DNA of 64,000 nucleotides. Source: a virus. A program made the translations under genes and the position numbers. This document shows, piece by piece, positions 1 to 9,078 of this stretch. Each line of letters begins with the position of its first letter. Positions within the stretch are counted from its first letter, which is position 1. The notes under the pieces were generated by a model. The model did not search any database. It saw only the letters and a list, made by a program, of their open reading frames with translations, and had not been told where the DNA came from. The DNA lies in the IMG/VR virus record IMGVR_UViG_3300010970_000150, positions 24,288 through 88,287 of that record. One strand, written 5' to 3'.

Positions 1-233
1 GGAACCTTACGAACGGCTACCACGCTTACCCTTCTTCTTGCCCAGATTACTTCTAGTTTTTCGTCTGTTAGATACTCGGTTAGTTTTCTTTGGCAGACTC
101 TGTGGTTCATTCCGAACTTTTTCGCAATGTCTCTGGATGTATAATACTGGGATGGAATAGATTCCTCCGACACTCGCTTGTACCTTGTGTGGTCGCTCGC
201 CAGTGCGTTCAAGAATTGAATCGTGTTCTTCAT
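1..233 (-). CDS. Small HTH-like protein, truncated by window edge; homolog of 40906..41145
   Basis: Manual translation MKNTIQF...IPSQYYTSRDIAKKFG...LEVIWARRR...RKVP; start overlaps phosphoesterase stop. Confidence 0.65.
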   Translation of the reverse strand, partial: MKNTIQFLNALASDHTRYKRVSEESIPSQYYTSRDIAKKFGMNHRVCQRKLTEYLTDEKLEVIWARRRVSVVAVRKV

Positions 234-985
234 TCTTGGTGGTGGCTGAAGATGAACTTTTCTCCGACTCGGTGTGCTTGCCAAACCTTCCAGTTTTTAT
301 TGTGTACAAATCCGTACATCCATCCAGTACCCCACTTAGAAGTTGCCAATCGATTTTTTGCATAACGCATTTCACGCTTCTTACAGAGACACCCTCCTGA
401 AAAACCAACAGTACCTCTGTATCGCTTTGCATTAGTCTGCTGAATGGAATGGATGTGTCCCATAAGCACTGCCCCTTCCTCAAGTCCGTAGTGGATTGCG
501 TGTTCTTCAACTGCTCTGATTCCACAAGTGTAGCCGTGTACTGTTCGGACAAGACCCAAGGTGTGAACCCCCTCTTCAGCGTGATAGGGGTAGATTTTTT
601 TACACCCAACCTTCTTAAGATTGGAGACAATTTCGTCATCAAGGTCTTGGCAAAAGTCCTTAACGATTCCATTAGTCGATGAGTGAATGAAGTGGCTGAT
701 TCGGTCTTCGTGGTTTCCATAGTGAAAAACTGTGGGTTTTAGTTCATTGATAAATTGCAAGCCAGCCTCGACATCATCGTGCAAGGATTCGGCTTCCTCC
801 TTGCCGCTGGCTCCAGACCTGAGACTACGAAAATCGAAGCAGTCTCCCAAATGGATGACCTCGTCAGGCTGGTAGTCCTGAATGAAATCAAACAGTTGTT
901 TTGCGGCTTCGGTATCTACCATATCTCCGTGGTTATCACCAACGGCAACGAACTTTATTTTTTTGCTTTTGTTTTTTTGGGACAT
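230..985 (-). CDS. Calcineurin-like metallophosphoesterase
   Basis: GDNHG, HLGDCFD, GNHED, HG and GHIH motifs. Confidence 0.9.
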   Translation of the reverse strand: MSQKNKSKKIKFVAVGDNHGDMVDTEAAKQLFDFIQDYQPDEVIHLGDCFDFRSLRSGASGKEEAESLHDDVEAGLQFINELKPTVFHYGNHEDRISHFIHSSTNGIVKDFCQDLDDEIVSNLKKVGCKKIYPYHAEEGVHTLGLVRTVHGYTCGIRAVEEHAIHYGLEEGAVLMGHIHSIQQTNAKRYRGTVGFSGGCLCKKREMRYAKNRLATSKWGTGWMYGFVHNKNWKVWQAHRVGEKFIFSHHQE

Positions 986-1235
986 AAGGGTTGTTCAGGC
1001 TCCTGAGGTTTAGAGGTTTCGTATTGTAGCAACTTGTACCTTAGTTCAGCGACTTCGTTGGTAAGGTACAGCATTGCTTGAACCATCTCTTCATACTTTA
1101 CTGTTTTCGGAGTCATCTGGGATTTCAAAATTGTGACCGCTGACAGTCTTGATTGGCTTTTCTTTGGTGGCTCGCTTTAGAGCATCAATCAGTTCTTCAA
1201 CGCTGATTCCTAGCATAAATGCACAAGCCTTAAGA

Positions 1236-1421
1236 CTATTTTGCTTCGTGTGATTCATATTTGTTCAGTGAGAAAAGATAAGCCCATCGAGCCTTGGCAT
1301 CGTTAAAGTATCGCTTGGTTGCAATAAATTCTGATGTGGTTTGGTTCTTTAACCCAGCCACAAGATGACCGCCTTCGTGGGCTGGTCGCTTCCAAGTACG
1401 CTTGCGTTTCTTGGTGCTCAC
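1236..1421 (-). CDS. Hypothetical protein, homolog of 43366..43599
   Basis: Shared AGxK...RWAxLF...NK pattern. Confidence 0.55.
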   Translation of the reverse strand: MSTKKRKRTWKRPAHEGGHLVAGLKNQTTSEFIATKRYFNDAKARWAYLFSLNKYESHEAK

Positions 1422-1834
1422 AGGATGCCTCTGGCACGATTAAGTGCAGGGTAATCAAGGTTGGTATTTAGTTTACGCTTAAAGGCTCCAGTAACGCCCA
1501 TACAATAGCACATATAGACACGCATAGGAGTAGGCTTGATGCCATTAGATTGAAGAGTCTTTACAATCCATTCGCAGTGCCATTGGGCTACCTGCCGTGC
1601 AATTGGATAATTGAATGCGTTAGACTTGTTGTAAGGCCAGTTGGCTAAGTTACGCTTACAAGCATCCTCCCAAGCGGAGCGGTGCAATTGATAGGCTCCA
1701 AGAGCCTGACCTTTATCTGAGACGGCAGTGCAGTGATTGCTAGACTCGATGACGGCTAATTTATTCAAAAAGTCGTCCGTAATTTCCATCGCCTGTGCTT
1801 TGAGACACAGGAGAAGTAGCGTTGCGTATTTCAT
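1418..1834 (-). CDS. Lysozyme-like/lytic transglycosylase with N-terminal signal peptide (candidate endolysin)
   Basis: IES...AVSDKGQALGAYQL catalytic region; MKYATLLLLCLKAQA leader. Confidence 0.75.
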   Translation of the reverse strand: MKYATLLLLCLKAQAMEITDDFLNKLAVIESSNHCTAVSDKGQALGAYQLHRSAWEDACKRNLANWPYNKSNAFNYPIARQVAQWHCEWIVKTLQSNGIKPTPMRVYMCYCMGVTGAFKRKLNTNLDYPALNRARGIL

Positions 1835-1843
1835 TGGTGAAAA

Positions 1844-1915
1844 TGTCCCTGCTAGGAATCGAACCTAGATAATTCGCTTAGAAGGCGAATGTTCTATCCA
1901 TTGAACTACAGGGAC
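1844..1915 (-). tRNA. tRNA-Arg(UCU)
   Basis: Cloverleaf GTCCCTG/CAGGGAC, anticodon loop CTTCTAA, T loop TTCGATT. Confidence 0.93.
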
Positions 1916-1923
1916 AAGGTCAG

Positions 1924-2646
1924 TTAGAAGGGAACTTCGTCTTGGGATTCAGATTCAGGTTCACCATTCTGCTTCAACGCCCAGAGAGCCTGTGCAGACT
2001 TCTTGAGCGACTGGTCTTTAGCACCGACCTTACCAGTCTTTTCCCACGGCTTAGGCTCCCACTTGTTGGCCCAATAGTCGAGGTCGCTATCAGGAAGGGC
2101 AGACAAGGCAGTACCCTTGTTCTTGCCAAACGGAACAGCGAGTTCGAAATCGATTCCAACGCTACCAGTGTGGGGTGCGACAAATGTAGCGATAGGAGCC
2201 GACTTCTTTACAGCCACAGGAGCAGAGGCAGTCTTAACTACTCGGTCTGCTTCACAGTCATCATCAGTAGTAGCCAGACCCCCAATAGAAGCCAAGCAAT
2301 AGCGTCTCAGGTAGGTCAGGATAGCACCAGCCTGTTGACCAGTAGCCTGTTCACCAACAGGAACAATGCAGGAGGATTCGATGCTCGTGCCATTCTTATG
2401 GGCGATGATGGTCTTGATGCCGATGCCATTGTCGTGGTACTCAGAGGTTGGCAGTTGAATCACAGTAAGGCCGTGCTTGTGGAACAGGGGCTTAAGGTAA
2501 GACAAATGAGCCGACAGGCTGGCAAATTTCGACTTAAAATGCGGATTGAAGTCATCCGCAACAATGTCCTTCGTCTCAGAATGCACATTTCCTAGTGCGA
2601 TGTACAACTCAGACAGGTTAGGCTTAGGAATAGTATCGTCTTGCAT
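1924..2646 (-). CDS. erf: ERF-family single-strand annealing protein
   Basis: NPHFKSKFASL, GAILTYLRRYCL, DDDCE motifs; acidic DEVPF tail; start moved to MQDDT. Confidence 0.88.
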   Translation of the reverse strand: MQDDTIPKPNLSELYIALGNVHSETKDIVADDFNPHFKSKFASLSAHLSYLKPLFHKHGLTVIQLPTSEYHDNGIGIKTIIAHKNGTSIESSCIVPVGEQATGQQAGAILTYLRRYCLASIGGLATTDDDCEADRVVKTASAPVAVKKSAPIATFVAPHTGSVGIDFELAVPFGKNKGTALSALPDSDLDYWANKWEPKPWEKTGKVGAKDQSLKKSAQALWALKQNGEPESESQDEVPF

Positions 2647-2668
2647 ATCGATTCGTTTCCAGAGTTCG

Positions 2669-2884
2669 TTACTTCTTGCTAACCACTTCATCGTTAACCT
2701 TTCGGCTATTGGATGCATTGATTCGAACAGCATTGCCTTGGTCGTTGATGAACGAATAGTACAGATAGTGCTTAACCTTTACAGGCTTCAGCAATCGTGC
2801 CATTCGACCATCTGGGAGTACGATGTACTTCCGTGCGTTATTGACCTCAATGATAGAGGTCGTTTCGTTATTTTGGGTTTCCAT
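2669..2884 (-). CDS. Small hypothetical protein, homolog of 44501..44695
   Basis: YIVLPDGRMARLLKP vs YIVLSDGRVARLLKP. Confidence 0.7.
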   Translation of the reverse strand: METQNNETTSIIEVNNARKYIVLPDGRMARLLKPVKVKHYLYYSFINDQGNAVRINASNSRKVNDEVVSKK

Positions 2885-2900
2885 ATGTTTGGGTGGGAAA

Positions 2901-3587
2901 TTACTGAGCGGCTCCGTAGATTCGGAAGTAGTCCTTAAGTCTGCGAATGATTGCAGAGCCTGTCTCTCCGTTTGAGAATCTGTCGGATAGTCCGCTTCCG
3001 TTGTAGTTGGTTGTGATGATGGTTGAGCGTTTATTGGAAGTCCGCTCGTCAATGATTGCAAACAAATCGCTCTCCATACGCTGAGTCAAGCGTTCTTTAC
3101 CTAAATCGTCAATGACCAGCAGAGAGCAAGCCACGAGGCGTTCAATCACCTCTCCGTGGTTCTGGTTTGCGAAACCTTCCTCAATTTGCTGTTCCAGTTT
3201 CCGCATCGTCAGGAAATTGCTGTGCTTCGGGTAGAAGTGGAGCCAGCCCTTGTTGAACATAGCCCAAGCAGTGCGTGTCTTGCCAGTTCCAGTGACTCCG
3301 TGCAACAGGACGCTATGCTCAGGATGGTACTCCTTCAGTGCGGTCTGCATCTGCGGAGCCAACTTGCTTTCCACAGTGTCGAGAAAGCCAATCGGAGTGG
3401 AAGGATGGGTTGATTTGAAGCACCAGTTGTGCTTGTCAAAAACATCCTTGTAGATGTACGGATACTCGTGATGCTCCTTGGTCGGGAAGCAGTTCAAGCA
3501 CACGGACACGAATGGTTTGAACTTCTGGCTGTTAGCGTCCCACACAGGGGTCGCATCAGACTTGCAGTGAATGCACTTAGAAGCCAT
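2901..3587 (-). CDS. DnaC/IstB-like AAA+ helicase loader
   Basis: N-terminal CxxC pairs, Walker A GVTGTGKT, Walker B IDDLGKE, TTNY. Confidence 0.9.
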   Translation of the reverse strand: MASKCIHCKSDATPVWDANSQKFKPFVSVCLNCFPTKEHHEYPYIYKDVFDKHNWCFKSTHPSTPIGFLDTVESKLAPQMQTALKEYHPEHSVLLHGVTGTGKTRTAWAMFNKGWLHFYPKHSNFLTMRKLEQQIEEGFANQNHGEVIERLVACSLLVIDDLGKERLTQRMESDLFAIIDERTSNKRSTIITTNYNGSGLSDRFSNGETGSAIIRRLKDYFRIYGAAQ

Positions 3588-4206
3588 TGGCGTGGTCGTT
3601 ATTGGTTAGCGTTTTGGTTTTGTTGGCGGTTACTACAAAAAGACCCTGCCAGCCGAAAGCAATGCTTTTGTTGATTGAAGCAATTGCGTTTATTTCGTTT
3701 GCCCAAGAACCAAGCATTGTCAACTGCTCCTGTTGCGTCATCGCTGACAAGGGCTTCTTGATTTGCTTTCGATAATCAATCCATTTGTCCCAAGCCGTCT
3801 TGAATGCTTCTGCGTAAGGAAGGGTTAGGGTAGGTTTATCCTCTTTTTTATCTGCTGTTCTATCTGTAGGAAGTCTACTTCCCCCCCTGCGGGAAATAGG
3901 TTTCCCCCTCCCTAGGAAATCTGTAGCACCCACCAAGGCTTGCTTCTCCACTGTCCGTAGGATGCGTTTGCCGTTCACTTCGATGCGGACTACCAACTGG
4001 AAGTCGATAAGGGTTTTGAGGACATTCTTGACCTGTCTGTCGCTCAGTTGCAGGGTCTGTGCAAGGTAGCCGTTAGAGGCGTAACAGCCCTCTTCATTGT
4101 CGAGGGCGTTCACGATTCCGTACACCACCTTCTCGGTGATGGTAAGGGTTTCCATCTGGAAGACCTCTACAGGAATCCAGACACCAGTGAATGATGGCTT
4201 GCTCAC
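3577..4206 (-). CDS. Replication initiator (winged HTH, lambda O-like)
   Basis: GCYASNGYLA HTH, WxxYRK and GWQGLF C-domain, directly upstream of DnaC-like gene. Confidence 0.8.
   Translation of the reverse strand: MSKPSFTGVWIPVEVFQMETLTITEKVVYGIVNALDNEEGCYASNGYLAQTLQLSDRQVKNVLKTLIDFQLVVRIEVNGKRILRTVEKQALVGATDFLGRGKPISRRGGSRLPTDRTADKKEDKPTLTLPYAEAFKTAWDKWIDYRKQIKKPLSAMTQQEQLTMLGSWANEINAIASINKSIAFGWQGLFVVTANKTKTLTNNDHANGF
3869..3931. repeat. Iteron-like repeats inside initiator gene (candidate origin, unit A)
   Basis: GGAAGTCTACTTCCCCC, GGAAATAGGTTTCCCCC, GGAAATCTGTAGCACCC at ~23-bp period. Confidence 0.55.
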
Positions 4207-4997
4207 AGGCTTCCGTAATTGATGTTCAGGTCACCAAGGACACCGCCCTGTGGGCCTTCCCAGAAGTCGCTCTGCTTGCTATCACCATAGTCGTGCAACT
4301 TCATCTTAACTGCGTTCATCCACTTGAACAGTTCTGTAGGCTCAATCTCCCAAAACGCACAGGTGCTAGGCTCAGAAGTTTCAACTGCAATAAATTCAAA
4401 CCTGAACGGCCTACGATATACTTCTTCAGCCAGTAGACAATAAAAGCCAGCCTGTACCCAGTACATTCTGTCCTTCACTGTGTACCTAAACTTTTCACCA
4501 GATACATCATCACAACTTTTGATGTCCCTGATGATGCCGTTTTCAATGTCAATGATATCAAGACGAGCCTTGCAATCGTGACCGAACAACTTGCCAAGCA
4601 GGACAACCTCAGTGCGGACATCAGCCTGTGCCGCCATCCTCTGCCAGTCAGAATTCTGCTTGATGGCGTTGATAGCCCGAAGCACCACGGCCTCTGAATC
4701 GGCCTTCAGGATGGTCTTGCCAGCCGCACCCTCCTCAAAGGCTTGCTTGATGGCCTTACCCTCCTTGGTACGACCATCCACATCGGGATAGTAGGCGATG
4801 GTCTTGAGGTAATCCTGAGGCTGGAGCATAGCCGTGTGGATGGCAGTGCCAATCCTCATAGCCTCGGTTGTCTCAACCTCCTTCTGGTTACGGAAGTGAT
4901 AGGGTGAGCGGAAGAACGCCTTGAAGCGGGAAGCATTCAGGGCGGGAAGAGAGCGGTATTCGCTCTCCGACATAGTGCTGACTAGTGCGTTATTCAT
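4203..4997 (-). CDS. PD-(D/E)XK exonuclease, RecE/exonuclease VIII-like (DUF3799-type)
   Basis: AMRIGTAIH, KARLD, DIKS, QAGFY, FIAVE motifs. Confidence 0.85.
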   Translation of the reverse strand: MNNALVSTMSESEYRSLPALNASRFKAFFRSPYHFRNQKEVETTEAMRIGTAIHTAMLQPQDYLKTIAYYPDVDGRTKEGKAIKQAFEEGAAGKTILKADSEAVVLRAINAIKQNSDWQRMAAQADVRTEVVLLGKLFGHDCKARLDIIDIENGIIRDIKSCDDVSGEKFRYTVKDRMYWVQAGFYCLLAEEVYRRPFRFEFIAVETSEPSTCAFWEIEPTELFKWMNAVKMKLHDYGDSKQSDFWEGPQGGVLGDLNINYGSL

Positions 4998-5440
4998 TGG
5001 TTGTTTTGGTCGAAGTACATTTGCACAGATGGCTCCGTGCTCCAGTACTTCTCAATCTGTATGCTCCAGATTTGGGCATCGTCAAGCCAGTATCCGATTC
5101 TGGTAAATTCATCCAGAATGACCTTGACAACATTGTCCACATCTGGTTTGGTGGTTTTTACAAGTGTTTTACACTTGCTAATTTTTGGTAAAAGATACTT
5201 TGGGGGGCTATAGTACAGCCTGATGTAGACCCTAAGTGGCCCCTCGCAGGGCTTATCAGGCTTTCCAGCCACCATATACGGCCTAGCAAGGTCTACCCAA
5301 GCGGATACCTTGTTGTTTTTCATCTTGCCTACAAACATTTTGCCGCTCTTAGACCTAAGAACCCTCAAATTGGCCTGATGAGTGCTTTTGGGCGGCTCGA
5401 TGGGCATAACTAACCAACATTGACTTGTAGGCAAATTCAT
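4994..5440 (-). CDS. rusA: RusA-family Holliday junction resolvase
   Basis: KPDVDNVVKVILD...DDAQI signature. Confidence 0.88.
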   Translation of the reverse strand: MNLPTSQCWLVMPIEPPKSTHQANLRVLRSKSGKMFVGKMKNNKVSAWVDLARPYMVAGKPDKPCEGPLRVYIRLYYSPPKYLLPKISKCKTLVKTTKPDVDNVVKVILDEFTRIGYWLDDAQIWSIQIEKYWSTEPSVQMYFDQNNQ

Positions 5441-5456
5441 AATATCGTTGTTTTAT

Positions 5457-5912
5457 ATGGAATCTGAATCCAAATACGAAAGAGTCAAGAATGATAAAAA
5501 ATCAACAACTCTTGAAAAACTTGACGCTAAAAAGAAGGAAGAAATTGTGTGGATGACCGAACAGGGCCATACACAGAAGGAAATTGAGGAAAAAGTTGAG
5601 GTTTCCAGTCACACTGTGGTCGCTGTACGCCAAGATATGGGCAGTCAGGAGTCCTTAGACCTAAAGACTTACAAGGCCAAGACTTCTGACCTGTTCAAGT
5701 CCATCATTATGAAGGGTGCTCTCAGGCTTGATACTGAGATTGATAAACTGCCTATCAGCCAGATGCCTTTGGCCCTAGCAATTCTCATCGATAAGGTACA
5801 GACCCTTAATGACCAGCCTGTCGTGGTCACTGAGCATCGCCTTAGAATCAAGCACGAAGATATTAATAAAATGATTTCGGGCGAGATTGTTGACCTTCCA
5901 GATTCAAAGTAA
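5457..5912 (+). CDS. HTH protein, candidate terminase small subunit; homolog of 49329..49805
   Basis: N-terminal HTH then PLALAILIDKVQ...EHRLRIxHEDIN. Confidence 0.5.
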   Translation: MESESKYERVKNDKKSTTLEKLDAKKKEEIVWMTEQGHTQKEIEEKVEVSSHTVVAVRQDMGSQESLDLKTYKAKTSDLFKSIIMKGALRLDTEIDKLPISQMPLALAILIDKVQTLNDQPVVVTEHRLRIKHEDINKMISGEIVDLPDSK

Positions 5913-6023
5913 GGCAATTTTATCCCAAAACGATTTTGTCAAAAATCTTATAGGGTTAGGTCTTAACAGGGTAACAGAAGGAAGGTTTGGTGTCGGTTTG
6001 GCTCGTGCGTTGCAGATTTTTGA

Positions 6024-6056
6024 TTTCTCGACAGCGGTTATCGGGTATAATGGATG
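6024..6056 (+). promoter_or_regulatory. Early promoter with TATAAT -10; near-identical copy at 11064..11096
   Basis: TTTCTCGACAgcggttATCGGgTATAATGgATGT. Confidence 0.6.
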
Positions 6057-6192
6057 TAAGCAAGTAGTGTAGGTCGCACCGATTCGGGTTCGGGTTCCAC
6101 GATGGGACTCACCGAAACATCTGCGTCACTCGTTAACCCAAATCAAAACGAGTGAGTGGAAGGTGCGTACTGAAACGAAAGCGATATACGAT

Positions 6193-6717
6193 ATGGAAAC
6201 TAAAACTAACCTGATGGAACTGCTGGCGAAGATTCAGTGCGTGGAAGTGTTCACCTTCCACCCCTTCAACTACTCCGCTCCGATTATGGGCGAAGACAAG
6301 TACGAGGGCGAAGGCAAGTTCCTCAAAGCGTTCAACGCTATCCTGCGGACGAGCGGTCAGCCGTTCATCTACATCACCGAAAAAGATGAGAGCGGCTGGT
6401 GCTATCGCCGCTCCATCACTGCATATAAGTTCGTGCAGTTGCTCGGCCTTGAAATCCTCAGCACTGGTCTGAAAGGTTTCACCGCACGGATGTTCGCCAA
6501 CGAAAACGGAATGGGCAAAGATGCCGAAGCCGTCATCGCTGACAACACCAAGGAAGTCTACGCTTCCTTCGAAGATGGCGAACGCTACTGGAAGAACCTC
6601 GTGGCTCAGGAACAGGAAATCGCTGATGCCAAGGCTCGCAAGGATGCGATGGAAGCCGCCATCAAGAAGTATAACGAGACGAAGGGTGGCGAAGAGAACA
6701 TCGCTCTGGACGCTTAA
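6193..6717 (+). CDS. Hypothetical early protein
   Basis: ORF after promoter and before terminator; start moved to METKTN. Confidence 0.7.
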   Translation: METKTNLMELLAKIQCVEVFTFHPFNYSAPIMGEDKYEGEGKFLKAFNAILRTSGQPFIYITEKDESGWCYRRSITAYKFVQLLGLEILSTGLKGFTARMFANENGMGKDAEAVIADNTKEVYASFEDGERYWKNLVAQEQEIADAKARKDAMEAAIKKYNETKGGEENIALDA

Positions 6718-6741
6718 CACGAACCAGTAACACCGACTGTG

Positions 6742-6784
6742 GAGAGGAGAGGCGAGCAATCGCTTCTCCTCTCTGCTTTTATTT
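6742..6784 (+). terminator. Intrinsic terminator
   Basis: GAGAGGAGAGGCGA-GCAA-TCGCTTCTCCTCTC followed by T-rich tail. Confidence 0.7.
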
Positions 6785-6805
6785 CCTCCCAAACACATAC
6801 CATAT

Positions 6806-7582
6806 ATGGACGACACAGACTGGAAGAAGACCAAACAATTGTTCAACTTCGACAACGCAAAGACGAAGAAGGGCAATCACCTCGGATACAGCACTGCTAT
6901 CCTCTACCTCGCATCATCCGACTTGTCGGGTGTTGTGAATGTATGCAAACACGCCACGAAGGAATGTCGTGAAGACTGTCTCGTGTTCGCTGGCCTCGCA
7001 GGAATCTTTCCGAAGATTAATGCGGCTCGTGTTCACAAGACCAAGTGGATGCATATGTACCCAGATACTTTCTGGGCGAAGGTTGACCGAGAGATTCTCA
7101 ATCACGAGAACCTCTGCTATCGCAACACGAAGCGATTGAAGCGTAAGTTGAAGCCTTGCGTTCGTATCAACGGCACATCGGATATCTGGAACGAGCATAT
7201 GCAAACGCTTATGCATCGTTACCCTGATGTGCAGTTCTACGATTACAGTAAGGACTTCAATCGCATCGTTGACTGGACGATGGACAAACTGCCGCTCAAC
7301 TATCATCTCACCTATTCGTATGGTGGTGGAAACACCAACAACGCAAAGTGGTGTCTCGATAACGGAGTGAATGTTGCTGTCGTCTTTGATGTGAAGCGTG
7401 GCAAGCCGTTGCCAGTAACGCATTGGGGATACGATGTAGTCGATGGTGACACGCACGACCTTCGCTTCCTCAACAGGCCGTATGCTGGTCAAGGCTCAGT
7501 CATCGGACTCCGTGCGAAAGGCAAAGCATCTGGCAAAGAAGGACGAAGCAATTCGTTCATCCAGAAAGGCGTTGCCTCGTGA
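6806..7582 (+). CDS. GP88-family protein (Cys-cluster, radical-SAM-like)
   Basis: CKHATKECREDCL, RINGTSD, QFYDYSK, VDGDTHDLRF, GLRAKG motifs. Confidence 0.75.
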   Translation: MDDTDWKKTKQLFNFDNAKTKKGNHLGYSTAILYLASSDLSGVVNVCKHATKECREDCLVFAGLAGIFPKINAARVHKTKWMHMYPDTFWAKVDREILNHENLCYRNTKRLKRKLKPCVRINGTSDIWNEHMQTLMHRYPDVQFYDYSKDFNRIVDWTMDKLPLNYHLTYSYGGGNTNNAKWCLDNGVNVAVVFDVKRGKPLPVTHWGYDVVDGDTHDLRFLNRPYAGQGSVIGLRAKGKASGKEGRSNSFIQKGVAS

Positions 7583-7749
7583 GCGACTGCAACTGCGGCA
7601 GTAAGAAGCCAGCGTACTGGCTCAACGATGGTCACGGAATTCCTCTCTGCAAAGTCTGCGAAGACTGCGAAGAGAAGAAACTCAAACGCTATCGCCCCGA
7701 TATCCTCGACTCTTATGAAGCGGAAGAACCTATCGACTCCGATTGGTAA
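7579..7749 (+). CDS. Small Cys-rich (zinc-finger-like) protein not in ORF track
   Basis: GTG start overlapping upstream TGA; MSDCNCGS...GIPLCKVCEDC...YRPDIL, 56 aa. Confidence 0.65.
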   Translation: MSDCNCGSKKPAYWLNDGHGIPLCKVCEDCEEKKLKRYRPDILDSYEAEEPIDSDW

Positions 7750-7764
7750 GAACAGGATTTCTCA

Positions 7765-7806
7765 GTGGGAGGAAGAACACGAAGTTCTTCTTTCCACTTT
7801 TCTTTC
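7765..7806 (+). terminator. Intrinsic terminator-like hairpin
   Basis: AGTGGGAGGAAGAAC/GTTCTTCTTTCCACT stem followed by TTTCTTT. Confidence 0.6.
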
Positions 7807-7922
7807 TCAGGCAACTGAGGAAACCCAAACCTCCAACAGCGTGAACCCCGCCCAACCTAACAGGGAAGTATCGCTGACGGAGCAAACCGAAACGAAACAT
7901 AACTAACAAACACACAACGCAT

Positions 7923-8723
7923 ATGAAAAACCTGATTGGTAAAGCCCTCGCTTGGTTCCTCCCTGCGAGCAAAACGGAACACACGCTTCTCGACTTAGAG
8001 ATGCGTATTATGGGACTGGAACAGGATGTTCATCACCTCAAAGGTTTGCTTCAAACCGACAGCATCTCGCTGGCTGGTATGAGCAAGCAGAGTCACGATG
8101 AGCACTTCCAGACCATCGTTCGCAAGTCCGTTGAAGAGTCGTTCGACTTCGATACGCTTGTCGAAGAGGCGATTGAGAATCACGACTTCACCGATAGCGT
8201 CAGCGATGCACTCGATGATGCCATCAGCAATCGTGATTGGGATTACGAACTGCGTGAGGCTATCGACTGGGACAAGGTTGCTGACAAAGTCGTAGGCAAG
8301 ATTGATTGGTCTGATGTTATCAGCGACAACTCGTTGCTGACCTCTGACGATATCGACCTCAATGACCTGATGCTCCAGTCGGAGCAGATGTCCGATGACG
8401 ATGTGATGAAGCGTAGCGACCTGAGCGATGAAGTCGTAAACGAGTTGAAGCGTGACTGGTTCACGCAGATGCTCAAAGACGAAGTCAAGGCTCACTTCAA
8501 GTCCACGCTGTCTGAGGCTCGTGAGACTGAGGACGCAAATGTCCGCAACTGCATCGATGACGAAATCGAAATCAAACTCGATACGCTTATCCGTGAGCAG
8601 ATGACCAGCAAGTTCGGTGAGCAGTGGGACAACTGGTACAACGAGAACACTCGTCATTGCGTGAAGGTTATCCTCGGTGAGTTCCTCGCCGCCGCTTACG
8701 AACAGACCAAGGAGACTAAGTAA
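7923..8723 (+). CDS. Highly acidic early protein
   Basis: D/E-rich helical repeats; ACGCATATG leader. Confidence 0.75.
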   Translation: MKNLIGKALAWFLPASKTEHTLLDLEMRIMGLEQDVHHLKGLLQTDSISLAGMSKQSHDEHFQTIVRKSVEESFDFDTLVEEAIENHDFTDSVSDALDDAISNRDWDYELREAIDWDKVADKVVGKIDWSDVISDNSLLTSDDIDLNDLMLQSEQMSDDDVMKRSDLSDEVVNELKRDWFTQMLKDEVKAHFKSTLSEARETEDANVRNCIDDEIEIKLDTLIREQMTSKFGEQWDNWYNENTRHCVKVILGEFLAAAYEQTKETK

Positions 8724-8724
8724 T

Positions 8725-8976
8725 ATGTCCAAGGTATCTGAAAAGCGGCTCGCAGAACTCGTCTCTATGTTGGAGATTCCCGAAACCATTCAGCGTGAGG
8801 ATTATCCTCCTGCATCGCTGAGCGGTAGCGGAAACATCTTCATCGACATCGCCGCCGCTTCACGAGCGTGGCGTAAGGTCGATGTTGGCGTATCCAACAG
8901 GATTATGAGCGTCATCAACGGCAACTGCGAATCCGAACACGAGGTAGACGCTCTCCTCAACCACATTACCCTTTAA
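8725..8976 (+). CDS. Hypothetical protein
   Basis: ATG immediately after upstream stop. Confidence 0.55.
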   Translation: MSKVSEKRLAELVSMLEIPETIQREDYPPASLSGSGNIFIDIAAASRAWRKVDVGVSNRIMSVINGNCESEHEVDALLNHITL

Positions 8977-9078
8977 CCCAGAGTAATTTATTCCGTCCAA
9001 CAATTTGTGCGAAAAGCGAAGGGATTGCGTCAGGTTCCAACGCCTAGTAGCACGAAACCAAAAAACACAACCAAAACT

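Noticed and set aside
7-720. 237-aa minus-strand ORF in the track
   Set aside because: Overlaps the phosphoesterase in another frame; the coupled ORF starting at 233 has a homolog in unit B and is the better call
6060-6190. Hammerhead ribozyme in the structured leader
   Set aside because: CUGAUGA core is absent
7628-7906. 92-aa ORF
   Set aside because: Runs through a terminator and structured leader; the coupled Cys-rich ORF 7579..7749 is preferred
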